A DNA stretch of 32,000 bases from Ruminococcus albus 7 = DSM 20455 (GTDB taxonomy: Bacteria; Bacillota; Clostridia; Oscillospirales; Ruminococcaceae), in NCBI RefSeq assembly GCF_000179635.2, contig NC_014833.1, forward strand, positions 2,310,001 through 2,342,000. Direction: 5' to 3'. The position numbers and the translations under genes are program-made. The notes under the pieces are model-generated. The model did no database searches and was not told the origin of the DNA. It was given only the letters and a program-made list of their open reading frames with translations. Shown in pieces: positions 16,249 through 25,337 of this stretch (the stretch's first letter is position 1; the number at the start of each line of letters is the position of its first letter).

Positions 16249-16782
16249 TTACTTTACATATACTTTCCTGATTATACCGATATACTGCACATGGTAATCC
16301 CCTGCGGCGTAATTAGCCTTGATAAGGTCTTTATTGACGAAGCTGTCGGCTGTCATCTGCTGAACGTATGCCTTTTCACAGACGAAAACGAGCTTTGCCT
16401 GCTCAAATGTAACAGAACCATCTGTCGCAACGGGTACAAGACCTGTTTCAGCTGCCTTATCACTGTCTCTGCCACTGTGAGAACCGCAGAATGCAAGTGC
16501 TTTTCTCTCCGATTCATCAAAGAAACTTATTGTAAAGGTATTTCCCTTGTCAAGGAATTCTTTAGTATATCTCTGAGGTCTGATAACAGTAGTAAAGGTC
16601 TGTTTGCCCCACATAATACCCGCGAATCCCCATGATGCAGTCATTGTGTTCCAACTGCTTTCATCGCCTGCTGTTACAAGGAACCAATCCTTATCGATCC
16701 TTTTATAGGGATCAAAGCCCATTGTGTGAAGCTCGGATGGATCAATTTCCTTAAAGCCGAATCTCTCAGTAAGTATGCTCAT
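16249..16782 (-). CDS. Flavin reductase-like (FMN-binding split-barrel) protein
   Basis: WFLVTAGDESSWNTMTASWGFAGIMWGK...VIRPQRYT is typical of the flavin reductase/flavoredoxin-like domain. The start at 16782 (MSILTERF) is preferred (aaggcggaag upstream) over the track start at 16845, which has no RBS. Confidence 0.7.
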   Translation of the reverse strand: MSILTERFGFKEIDPSELHTMGFDPYKRIDKDWFLVTAGDESSWNTMTASWGFAGIMWGKQTFTTVIRPQRYTKEFLDKGNTFTISFFDESERKALAFCGSHSGRDSDKAAETGLVPVATDGSVTFEQAKLVFVCEKAYVQQMTADSFVNKDLIKANYAAGDYHVQYIGIIRKVYVK

Positions 16783-17017
16783 TTTTTCTTCCGCCTTTCG
16801 CGTTATATTTCTGCCATCTTCCGGCATTATAATATTATACTCCATTTTTTATGAAAATGCAACCATTTTGTAATTGATTTTTTACGTAAACAGTGTTATA
16901 ATAAAATCATATAGGGCATTGTTGTCGGGAATGATTTTTCAATATTCGTTTAAATCTGATAATATGCATCATTATACGTATATTATCGCCTTTTATACGT
17001 TATATTCATTGAAATTT

Positions 17018-17041
17018 TGCATAGATTTGCATTTTTATGCG
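17018..17041 (+). promoter_or_regulatory. Candidate ArgR/AhrC operator: two overlapping ARG-box-like palindromes
   Basis: TGCATagatTTGCA (17018-17031) and TGCATttttATGCg (17028-17041) resemble the TGAAT-N4-ATTCA / TGCAT-N4-ATGCA ARG-box core. They lie immediately upstream of the argG -35. Confidence 0.35.
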
Positions 17042-17050
17042 TAAAACCTC

Positions 17051-17078
17051 TTGACAAATCCGAATAATGGTGTATAAT
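17051..17078 (+). promoter_or_regulatory. Sigma-A type promoter of argG and possibly the whole arg array (TTGACA-16-TATAAT)
   Basis: Consensus ttgaca at 17051-17056 and tataat at 17073-17078, about 68 nt upstream of the argG ATG. Confidence 0.65.
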
Positions 17079-17145
17079 ATGATTATTGTTTGACATATGA
17101 TCACCTTATGTTATGCCTGAATTTTTATTTTTGGAGGAACACATC

Positions 17146-18375
17146 ATGGCTAAAGAAATCAAAAAAGTTGTACTGGCTTACTCGGGCGGACTTGATACTT
17201 CGATCATCATTCCGTGGCTGAAAGAAAACTATAATAACTGTGAAGTTATTGCAGTATCCGGTGACGTTGGTCAGGGTACCGAGCTCGATGGTCTGGAGGA
17301 GAAGGCTATAAAGACCGGCGCTTCCAAGCTGTACATCGAGGATCTGACTGAAGAATTCATCACAGATTACGTTTATCCTACCGTACAGGCCGGCGCTGTA
17401 TATGAGAACCAGTATCTGCTGGGTACTTCCTTTGCAAGACCTATAATCGCAAAGAGGATAGCTGAGATCGCTATCAAGGAAGGCGCTGACGCTATCTGTC
17501 ACGGCTGCACCGGTAAGGGCAACGACCAGGTAAGATTCGAGCTGGCTATCAAGGCATTTGCACCTGATATGCAGATCATCGCTCCCTGGAGGATCTGGGA
17601 CATCAAGTCCAGAGATCAGGAGATCGACTACGCTGAGGCACACAACATTCCTCTGAAGATAAACAGAGAAACCAATTATTCCAAGGATAAGAACCTGTGG
17701 CACCTTTCACACGAGGGTCTGGATCTTGAGGATCCTGCAAATGAACCTCAGTATGAGAAGCCCGGTTTCCTGGAGCTGGGTGTATCTCCTATTCAGGCAC
17801 CTGACAAGCCTACATACGTAACTATACACTTTGAAAAGGGTATACCTACTGCTGTTGACGGTGTTGAAATGGGCGGCAAGGATCTCGTTGCAAAGCTGAA
17901 CGAACTCGGCGGTGCTAACGGTATCGGTCTTGCAGACCTCGTTGAGAACAGACTTGTAGGTATGAAGTCCAGAGGCGTTTATGAGACTCCCGGCGGAACT
18001 ATCCTTTATAAGGCTCACGAGATACTCGAGACTATCACCATCGACAAGGAGACCGCAAGAATGAAGAGCTACATCGGCATCAAGTTTGCTGATATAGTTT
18101 ACAACGGTCAGTGGTTCACACCTCTGAGAGAAGCTCTCAGCGCATTCGTTACCGAGACACAGAAGAACGTTACTGGTGACGTTAAGCTGAAGCTGTACAA
18201 GGGCAACGTTATAAATGCAGGCGTTACTTCTCCTTACACCCTGTATGATGAGGAAGTTGCTACATTCGATGAGGATGACGTTTACAATCAGGCTGATTCC
18301 GCAGGTTTCATCAATCTGTTCGGTCTGCCTATCAAGGTTCGCGCTAAGCTGGAGCAGAAGAGAAACAATAAGTAA
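17146..18375 (+). CDS. argG: Argininosuccinate synthase
   Basis: [19 protein letters not shown] (ATP-binding motif A-Y-S-G-G-L-D-T-S), [13 protein letters not shown] and [18 protein letters not shown]. The start at 17146 has RBS ggagg 8 nt upstream. The track start at 17113 is unsupported. Confidence 0.97.
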   Translation: MAKEIKKVVLAYSGGLDTSIIIPWLKENYNNCEVIAVSGDVGQGTELDGLEEKAIKTGASKLYIEDLTEEFITDYVYPTVQAGAVYENQYLLGTSFARPIIAKRIAEIAIKEGADAICHGCTGKGNDQVRFELAIKAFAPDMQIIAPWRIWDIKSRDQEIDYAEAHNIPLKINRETNYSKDKNLWHLSHEGLDLEDPANEPQYEKPGFLELGVSPIQAPDKPTYVTIHFEKGIPTAVDGVEMGGKDLVAKLNELGGANGIGLADLVENRLVGMKSRGVYETPGGTILYKAHEILETITIDKETARMKSYIGIKFADIVYNGQWFTPLREALSAFVTETQKNVTGDVKLKLYKGNVINAGVTSPYTLYDEEVATFDEDDVYNQADSAGFINLFGLPIKVRAKLEQKRNNK

Positions 18376-18414
18376 TCTTACGCTGTAAGAAATCTTTTAT
18401 TAGGAGGTCATAGT

Positions 18415-18846
18415 ATGTCAGACAAGAATCCTTACTTTGAACCGGGCTTCGACAAGAAAGTTGAGATATCTTACGATAATCTCCCCAATTCGTCTTTTGA
18501 GGACGTTAATCTGGGCGGTGCAACTTTTACCAATGTAAATCTGAAAGGCTCAAACTTTGAAGATGTCAACATGGACGACACCATTTTTGACAACATCAGT
18601 ATGCAGAACACCAGATTCACCGATATGTACATGGTAAATTCCCGTTTCCTGGGCGTTAACATAAGCGGTTCGCGTTTTGGCTGTTCTATCATGAACAATG
18701 TTGAATTCAAGAATCCTGATCTGAAAAATTCTCAGTTCATACATTGTGACCTCACAGGTGTTGAGATCAGTGACTGCAAGATCGACGGTCTGAAGATCAA
18801 CGGCATCGACATCCAGAAACTTCTGGAGCAGCACGATAAGGATTGA
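18415..18846 (+). CDS. Pentapeptide-repeat protein
   Basis: 143 aa of consecutive pentads (FEDVNLGGATFTNVNLKGSNFEDVNMDDTIFDNISMQNTRF...). RBS aggagg. It starts 39 nt after the argG stop. Confidence 0.85.
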   Translation: MSDKNPYFEPGFDKKVEISYDNLPNSSFEDVNLGGATFTNVNLKGSNFEDVNMDDTIFDNISMQNTRFTDMYMVNSRFLGVNISGSRFGCSIMNNVEFKNPDLKNSQFIHCDLTGVEISDCKIDGLKINGIDIQKLLEQHDKD

Positions 18847-18847
18847 T

Positions 18848-18958
18848 CGTCCGTTTGACGGACGCTAGCAGGTGTTCGGGCAGAATAACTCCTTGATTCG
18901 GGTTATTTTGCCCATGCCTGTTTATACAGACTGCCCTGCGCAGGACGGTCTGTATAAG
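18848..18958 (+). other. Structured intergenic region: three consecutive hairpins between the pentapeptide gene and argH
   Basis: H1 is cgtccgt/acggacg (18848-18864). H2 is gggcagaataac/gttattttgccc (18878-18913, one mismatch). H3 is ttatacagac/gtctgtataa plus an inner cctg/cagg (18922-18957). None has a clear U-tract. Confidence 0.5.
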
Positions 18959-19004
18959 CAGACGAAATATTATATAACTATACAATAAAAGGACGGTAAG
19001 TAAA

Positions 19005-20378
19005 ATGGCTGGAAAAATGTGGGCAGGACGTTTCACTAAAGAGGTAGACGAGAGGGTAAACGATTTTAATTCCTCTATCTCATTCGACCACAGAATGTAC
19101 AAGCAGGATATCGAGGGTTCGATGGCACACGCTACTATGCTTGGCGAGTGCGGCATAATAGATATTGAGGAGAGCAAGAAGATAGTTGAAGGACTCAAAG
19201 GAATACTTGCTGATATCGACAGCGGAAAACTGGAGTTTGATCCCACTGCCGAAGATGTGCATATGTTCGTTGAAGCTGAGCTGACTTCAAGACTTGGCGA
19301 TACCGGTAAAAGACTTCATACTGCAAGATCGAGAAATGATCAGGTTGCACTGGATATAAGAATGAATCTTAAAGTTGAGACAGACGAGATAATAGCACTG
19401 GTCAAGGAACTGGAGCAGACTATACTCAATATGGCAGAAAAGCATCTGACCACAGTAATGCCCGGATATACCCATATGCAGAGGGCTCAGCCTATAACTT
19501 TCGCACATCATCTGATGGCTTATGCGAATATGCTGCTGAGAGATCTCGGCAGACTTGAAGACTGTAAGAAAAGGCTGAATATTATGCCTCTCGGAAGCGG
19601 TGCGCTTGCTTCTACCACTTATCCTATCAACAGACAGAGAGTATGTGATATACTTGGTTTTGATGAGATAACTCAGAACTCGCTGGACGGCGTTTCGGAC
19701 AGAGATTTCTGTATAGAACTGGCTTCTGCTATATCTATGCTTATGATGCACCTTTCAAGATTCTCTGAGGAGATAATACTCTGGTGTTCATGGGAGTTCA
19801 AGTTCGTTGAACTGGATGATGCCTATGCAACTGGTTCTTCCATAATGCCTCAGAAGAAAAATCCCGATGTTACCGAGCTTATCAGAGGTAAGACTGGCAG
19901 AGTTTACGGTGATCTGAATACTCTGCTGGTAATGATGAAGGGTACTCCCCTGGCATACAACAAGGATATGCAGGAGGACAAGGAAGCGATCTTTGATGCA
20001 GTTGATACTGTAAAGCTTTGCCTGAAAACATTTATACCCATGCTGGATACCATGACTGTCCTCAAAGACAACATGAGAAACGCTGCTGCGAGAGGTTTCA
20101 TAAATGCTACCGACTGCGCAGACTATCTGGTAAAGAAGGGTATGCCTTTCAGAGATGCTTACAAGATAACAGGTACTCTGGTTCATACTTGTATCGAGCT
20201 GGGATGCACGCTTGAAACTCTGCCTATGGATGAGTACAAAAAGCTCACAGATACTTTTGATAACGATGTTTACGATGCAATAAGCCTCGACACCTGCGTA
20301 ATGCAGCGTAAGGCTGCGGGCGGTCCCGCTCCTGAATCGGTAAAGGCACAGATAGCGTATGTACGTGAAAGGCTTTGA
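19005..20378 (+). CDS. argH: Argininosuccinate lyase
   Basis: 457 aa with MWAGRF..., TGYTHMQRAQP, and the fumarate-lyase signature GSSIMPQKKNPD. Confidence 0.97.
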   Translation: MAGKMWAGRFTKEVDERVNDFNSSISFDHRMYKQDIEGSMAHATMLGECGIIDIEESKKIVEGLKGILADIDSGKLEFDPTAEDVHMFVEAELTSRLGDTGKRLHTARSRNDQVALDIRMNLKVETDEIIALVKELEQTILNMAEKHLTTVMPGYTHMQRAQPITFAHHLMAYANMLLRDLGRLEDCKKRLNIMPLGSGALASTTYPINRQRVCDILGFDEITQNSLDGVSDRDFCIELASAISMLMMHLSRFSEEIILWCSWEFKFVELDDAYATGSSIMPQKKNPDVTELIRGKTGRVYGDLNTLLVMMKGTPLAYNKDMQEDKEAIFDAVDTVKLCLKTFIPMLDTMTVLKDNMRNAAARGFINATDCADYLVKKGMPFRDAYKITGTLVHTCIELGCTLETLPMDEYKKLTDTFDNDVYDAISLDTCVMQRKAAGGPAPESVKAQIAYVRERL

Positions 20379-20826
20379 TAAGATAAAGCAGAGCGAAAAA
20401 CTAAGTTCTGCAGTTGTATTTATGATATGGCTGTGCTTCAGCATTGGGCTTGTACTTATTGTAGATAAGGTTATACCAAGTATACTAGCTTTTATGCTGG
20501 CATTCGGGTTTATATACCCTGTGGGATGTACTGTGATGTTTTTCAGGCTCTGTAAGAAACATGGAGTTATGTGGTACTTTCCTGTTGCTGTAATAACGAT
20601 GACTGTACTTCTTTATGCAGTATGGAATACCTACAGAATAATAATCCCGAACCTAATAGTCATGACGATCCTTTGTCTGCTTTTCGGATGCGGACTCGGA
20701 GGCTGCTTTGCGGACAAGGAAGCCGTCAGAACTTACAGAGAGCAGATGCGAATGAAAAAACTCGGTGAGGACAGACCATATACTCCGATAACTGATGACA
20801 GTAATGTCAGAAAAAACAAGAAATGA
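20359..20826 (+). CDS. Small integral membrane protein (about 4 TM), unknown function
   Basis: 155-aa ORF overlapping the argH 3' end by 20 nt. It has four hydrophobic segments and a basic C-terminal tail. The start codon is uncertain. Confidence 0.55.
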   Translation: MYVKGFDKIKQSEKLSSAVVFMIWLCFSIGLVLIVDKVIPSILAFMLAFGFIYPVGCTVMFFRLCKKHGVMWYFPVAVITMTVLLYAVWNTYRIIIPNLIVMTILCLLFGCGLGGCFADKEAVRTYREQMRMKKLGEDRPYTPITDDSNVRKNKK

Positions 20827-20847
20827 TCTTTTGGGAAGTGTAACGTT

Positions 20848-21798
20848 ATGAGCAATAAATTCAAGGTTTTTATAGATGGTAAAGCAGGAACAACTGGTCT
20901 TAAAATATATGAAAGACTCGGCAAACGCGATGATATCGAGATACTGCTTATTGATGAAGATAAGCGCAAGGACAGTGCTGAGCGTGCTAAAATGATAAAC
21001 AGTGCTGATGTAGTATTCCTTTGTCTGCCTGATGCGGCAGCAAAAGAAGCTGTTGCACTTTGTACAAATCCCGATACAAGGATAATTGATGCTTCAACTG
21101 CGCACAGAACAGATCCTGCGTGGGACTACGGTTTCCCCGAGCTTTCCGAAAAGCACAGAGAGAATATACGTAAATCCAAGAGAGTGGCAAACCCCGGTTG
21201 CTATGCCAGCGGCTTTATATCACTGGTATATCCGCTGATTCAGGCAGGCGTTCTTCCTGAGGATTATCCTGTTACCTGCCATGCAGTATCAGGTTACAGC
21301 GGCGCCGGCAACAAGATGATCAACGTTATCGAAAGTGATGACAAGACATTTGAAATGAATTCACCAAGACAGTATGCTCTTGGTCAGCAGCATAAGCACC
21401 TGCCGGAGATGCAGAAGATCTGCGGTATGAAATATGCACCTATGTTCAACCCTATCGTCGATGATTATTACAGTGGTATGGTTGTAAGCGTTCCGCTGGT
21501 AACAAGATGCCTGACTAAAAAGTATACTCCCGCAGAGATACATGAGATCATGTCAGCACACTACGCAGGTCAGCATTTTGTAAAGGTAATGGAACTTGGC
21601 GGTGCCGAAACACTAGCTGACGGTTTTCTTGCTGCAAATACCCTTGCGGATACAAACGATATGCAGATATTTGTATGCGGAAATGATGAACAGATACTTC
21701 TTTGTTCAAGATTCGATAATCTCGGCAAAGGTGCCAGCGGAGCTGCTATGCAGAATATGAACATCATGCTGGGAATCGACGAAACAAAAGGATTATAA
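20848..21798 (+). CDS. argC: N-acetyl-gamma-glutamyl-phosphate reductase (short, uncommon form)
   Basis: 316 aa with an N-terminal Rossmann GKAGTTG, the active-site NPGCYASG, and a position within the arg cluster. Confidence 0.93.
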   Translation: MSNKFKVFIDGKAGTTGLKIYERLGKRDDIEILLIDEDKRKDSAERAKMINSADVVFLCLPDAAAKEAVALCTNPDTRIIDASTAHRTDPAWDYGFPELSEKHRENIRKSKRVANPGCYASGFISLVYPLIQAGVLPEDYPVTCHAVSGYSGAGNKMINVIESDDKTFEMNSPRQYALGQQHKHLPEMQKICGMKYAPMFNPIVDDYYSGMVVSVPLVTRCLTKKYTPAEIHEIMSAHYAGQHFVKVMELGGAETLADGFLAANTLADTNDMQIFVCGNDEQILLCSRFDNLGKGASGAAMQNMNIMLGIDETKGL

Positions 21799-21880
21799 TA
21801 TACAGGACGCTGATATATTAATATAAGTACTTAATTATCAGTATATACGATCAAGTAAAGACTATTACTGAGGTTTATTT

Positions 21881-23215
21881 ATGAAAAGAAAGATCATGGC
21901 TGCGATTGCCGTTATTCTGACATTTTCTGTGTCTTCATGCGGTAATCTGAGCCGCCCGGACCCCAATACTATAAACAAAATAGAAGATGAAAGCAGTTAC
22001 TCGCCGAGAAGATGGCATTATCAGGATGATGATACCACATCGGATGAAGAATCACAGGCAGATAATAAAATAGAATATTCTCCCGAAGAAGATCCTGAAA
22101 AGTTCATAAAAGCCACCATCAAGAATATGACACTTGAAGAAAAGATCGGTCAGTTGTTTATTGTGAGGGCTGATGCGCTTGAAACAGGTTATGACAATAA
22201 GACCGTAAATGATGATACCATAGGCGGCGTGACCTATGTCGATGAAATGATGGTAAAAGCCCTGAAAAAATACAATGTGGGCGGCATTACGCTTAAAGAA
22301 AAAAATATCATTGATGAAGATAAGCTAATAGAACTTACTACCGGGCTTCAGGATAATTCAAAATATCCTCTCTTTATAGGAGTTGACGAGATCGGCGGGG
22401 ATAATGCTACTATCGCCAATAATGTCAATTTTGCTGTTCCCCTTTTCGATAATATGGATGCAGTAAAAACTGCAAAAAATGCAAAAAAACTTGGTAAGAC
22501 CATTGGCAGATATCTGGTCAGCTACGGAGTAAATCTTGATTTTGCACCTGTGGCAGATGTTTCCGAAGACAGCAAAAAGATCGGCAGCAAGATATTTTCC
22601 GATGATCCTCTTACGGTCGATAGTCTGGTAGAGGCTGAAATAGACGGTCTTCATGAAAGCAGAATAATGACAGCAGTCGGACATTTTCCGGGCTACGGTG
22701 ACGATAATGCCGACGGAGAAGATGTACCGAAAAACGATTCCGAATGGGATGAAATAATGGATAATTCCGGCACTGCATTTACAACAGCATTAAAAAAGTC
22801 GGATATGCTGATGATCGGACATATACTGCTGCCTGAAGTATCTGATGATGAACTGCCGGCTTCAATGTCAAAGCAGGTAATACAGGATAAGATAAGAGAT
22901 GAGCTTGGATACAAAGGTGTTATAATAACAGATGCTATGTCTGCAAAATGTATCACCAACAATTATATCAAGCGCGAGTGCGCAGTAAACGCTATAATCG
23001 CAGGCGCGGATATAGTACTTATGCCATACGACCTCGAAGATTCCATTGATGCTGTATTAAAAGCTGTAGATGAAGGCAAGATAAGCGAAAGCATGATCAA
23101 TAAAAGAGTTGAACGTATCCTGACACTAAAAGTCAGAAGGGGTCTGTTTGATGATCATTCTTCCGATAATGATACATCAGGGGAAGATACGGTTTCTTCT
23201 TCCGCTGAAGAATAA
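21881..23215 (+). CDS. Glycoside hydrolase family 3 N-terminal-domain protein (NagZ/beta-N-acetylhexosaminidase-like), predicted lipoprotein
   Basis: Signal peptide with a lipobox-like LTFSVSSC|G. GH3 motifs are present: GHFPGYGD and KGVIITDAMS. It has an acidic low-complexity linker and tail. Confidence 0.8.
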   Translation: MKRKIMAAIAVILTFSVSSCGNLSRPDPNTINKIEDESSYSPRRWHYQDDDTTSDEESQADNKIEYSPEEDPEKFIKATIKNMTLEEKIGQLFIVRADALETGYDNKTVNDDTIGGVTYVDEMMVKALKKYNVGGITLKEKNIIDEDKLIELTTGLQDNSKYPLFIGVDEIGGDNATIANNVNFAVPLFDNMDAVKTAKNAKKLGKTIGRYLVSYGVNLDFAPVADVSEDSKKIGSKIFSDDPLTVDSLVEAEIDGLHESRIMTAVGHFPGYGDDNADGEDVPKNDSEWDEIMDNSGTAFTTALKKSDMLMIGHILLPEVSDDELPASMSKQVIQDKIRDELGYKGVIITDAMSAKCITNNYIKRECAVNAIIAGADIVLMPYDLEDSIDAVLKAVDEGKISESMINKRVERILTLKVRRGLFDDHSSDNDTSGEDTVSSSAEE

Positions 23216-23227
23216 GGAGTAATTAGT

Positions 23228-24526
23228 ATGAAAGAGATCAATAAAGTCATTTATGACGGTTACAAATATATAAATGGCGGTGTGTGTGCTGCCAAGGGCT
23301 TTAAAGCAAACGGACTTTACTGCGGCATAAAGAAGGCTATGGACGCAGCAGAAACTCCTGACGGAAATGAAAGCCCTGTTTCAAACACCAAGCCTGATCT
23401 TTGCCTGGTGGCATCTGATGTAATGTGCAGTGCTGCAGCTGTATTCACACAGAACAAGGTAAAGGGAGCGCCTGTTACAGTTTCGCAGAAGCATCTTGAA
23501 AAGACAGGCGGTAAGGCTCAGGGATTTATACTGAATTCAAAAAATGCCAACACCTGCAACGCTGACGGCGAAGCTAAGGCACTGAAAATGTGCGAACTGG
23601 CTGCAAATAAGCTGGGTATAAAGACCGAGGAAATGCTTATCGCTCAGACAGGCGTTATCGGTCAGATAATGCCGATAGAACCTGTTGAAAAAGCTATGGA
23701 CGATCTTTACAGCGGACTTGCTTATGACGGCAACGAAAAGGCAGCCATAGCAATAATGACTACCGACACTGTAAAGAAAGAGGTAGCTGTAGAGTTTGAG
23801 ATAGGTGGTAAGATCTGCCATATCGGAGGCATGGGCAAAGGAAGCGGAATGATACACCCTAACATGGCTACCACCTTAAATGTTATCACAACTGACTGTG
23901 CAGTTAGTCCTGAAATGCTGAAAAAAGCGCTCAGTGAGATAGTCAAGGTAACATACAACTGTCTTTCGGTTGACGGAGATCAGTCCACAAACGATACCTG
24001 CGCAGTTATGGCAAACGGTCTTGCAGGAAACGATGAGATCACAGCCGAGGGCGCTGACTTCGATAAGTTCAAGCAGGGGCTGTTCATAATAATGAGCAAT
24101 ATCACAAAGATGCTTGCCAAGGACGGCGAGGGCGCTACCAAGCTACTGGAATGCAATGTATGCGGCGCTAAGGATCAGGACGATGCTATCATCATCGCTA
24201 AGAGCGTTATATGCTCTCCCCTGTTCAAGTGTGCGATGTTCGGTGCTGATGCTAACTGGGGACGCATACTGTGTGCAGTCGGTTACGCAGATGCTGAGTT
24301 CGATATAAACAAGGTAGATGTTAAGATCGCTTCAAAGCAGGGCGAGATACACGTTTGCGAGAACGGTGCAGGCATACCTTTCTCAGAGGAAGAAGCCAAG
24401 AAGATATTGCTCGAAGACGAGATATTCATAAATGTATGCGTAGGTGACGGTGAAGGAAAAGCCACTGCTTGGGGTTGTGACCTTACATACGATTACGTTA
24501 AGATAAACGGCGATTACAGAAGTTAA
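23228..24526 (+). CDS. argJ: Ornithine acetyltransferase / N-acetylglutamate synthase (ArgJ)
   Basis: 432 aa with GGMGKGSGMIHPNMA|TTLNVITTD, the autoproteolytic A|T site with Thr nucleophile. The C-terminus reads DLTYDYVKINGDYRS. RBS aaggag. Confidence 0.95.
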   Translation: MKEINKVIYDGYKYINGGVCAAKGFKANGLYCGIKKAMDAAETPDGNESPVSNTKPDLCLVASDVMCSAAAVFTQNKVKGAPVTVSQKHLEKTGGKAQGFILNSKNANTCNADGEAKALKMCELAANKLGIKTEEMLIAQTGVIGQIMPIEPVEKAMDDLYSGLAYDGNEKAAIAIMTTDTVKKEVAVEFEIGGKICHIGGMGKGSGMIHPNMATTLNVITTDCAVSPEMLKKALSEIVKVTYNCLSVDGDQSTNDTCAVMANGLAGNDEITAEGADFDKFKQGLFIIMSNITKMLAKDGEGATKLLECNVCGAKDQDDAIIIAKSVICSPLFKCAMFGADANWGRILCAVGYADAEFDINKVDVKIASKQGEIHVCENGAGIPFSEEEAKKILLEDEIFINVCVGDGEGKATAWGCDLTYDYVKINGDYRS

Positions 24527-24575
24527 GAGATAAAAATAGTTCTGTAACAACATAATCAGGAAAGGACAGCAGAAT

Positions 24576-25328
24576 ATGGAAAACACACTCGGAAATGTTT
24601 CTGCGCCGTCTGAGGAACGCGGTTTCATCAACCGCAACACGCTGAAATACATAGTTATCGTGGCTATGCTGATAGACCACATAGCTGAATTGTTCGAGAG
24701 TTCTATTGACCCTACAGTATACCACATAATGAGGTTCATTGGCAGGCTTACGGGTCCGACCATGGCATTCTTCCTGGCGGAGGGTGCAAAGTACACGCGG
24801 GATATAGCTAAATATCAGAAAAGGCTTGCAATATTTGCTGCTGTATCATGGCTTCCTTTCCTTATTGCAAATCCGGGACCCCAAAAGCTTATTTCGGCTC
24901 CATTAAAATTGATTTTTCAGAGTGTAATTTTCACGTTGTTTCTCGGTATTACAGCTATCAGACTTTGGGACAGCAAAAAGTACACCAAAAAAGATAAGAT
25001 AGCCCTCACCGTGTTACTATGTCTTATTTCTATAATAGGTGACTGGATGATAATGGATGTTCTTGCTCCCCTGTTCATGTATCTGTACAGGGACGACAAG
25101 AAAAAGCGCTATATCGCGGTAACGCTGGCATATCTGCCGATGATGCTGATGGTATTAATACATGACGGCTGGCATCAGTTAGGTGTACTTATGGTACCGC
25201 TGATAATAATTTTCTGCTACAATGGAAAAGGCGGAAAGAAGAATGCTTTCAACAAATGGTTCTTCTACATATTCTACCCTGCACATCTGCTGATACTGGG
25301 CATCATAAAATGGGTAGTGCTTGCATAA
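24576..25328 (+). CDS. TraX-family membrane protein (putative acyltransferase-like)
   Basis: LKYIVIVAMLIDHIAELF...FIGRLTGPTMAFFLAEGAKYTRD..KYQKRLAIFAAVSWLPF matches the TraX-family N-terminal pattern. It is multi-TM. Confidence 0.8.
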   Translation: MENTLGNVSAPSEERGFINRNTLKYIVIVAMLIDHIAELFESSIDPTVYHIMRFIGRLTGPTMAFFLAEGAKYTRDIAKYQKRLAIFAAVSWLPFLIANPGPQKLISAPLKLIFQSVIFTLFLGITAIRLWDSKKYTKKDKIALTVLLCLISIIGDWMIMDVLAPLFMYLYRDDKKKRYIAVTLAYLPMMLMVLIHDGWHQLGVLMVPLIIIFCYNGKGGKKNAFNKWFFYIFYPAHLLILGIIKWVVLA

Positions 25329-25337
25329 GGAGTTAAT

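Noticed and set aside
16931-17044. 37-codon ORF (MIFQYSFKSDNMHHYTYIIAFYTLYSLKFCIDLHFYA) in the putative long argG leader, considered as an attenuation leader peptide
   Set aside because: It has no usable RBS spacing and no Arg codons, which an arginine-sensing leader would need. It is likely chance in AT-rich DNA.
16846-17145. An AT-rich 300-bp divergent intergenic region at the window-wide strand switch (minus genes to the left, plus genes to the right), considered as a possible replication origin
   Set aside because: I could find no DnaA-box (TTATCCACA-like) clusters, and no dnaA, dnaN or other origin-linked genes are nearby. The region is adequately explained as divergent promoters plus arg regulatory sites.
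17125-17703. 192-aa minus-strand ORF opposite argG
   Set aside because: It is entirely antisense to a gene with unambiguous argininosuccinate synthase motifs. It has no RBS and a low-complexity, odd composition, so it is a shadow ORF.
19788-20444. 218-aa minus-strand ORF opposite argH (also 19287..19751 and 18797..19246)
   Set aside because: These are antisense shadows of argH and its upstream region. No start context or recognisable motif is present, and the argH assignment on the plus strand is secure.
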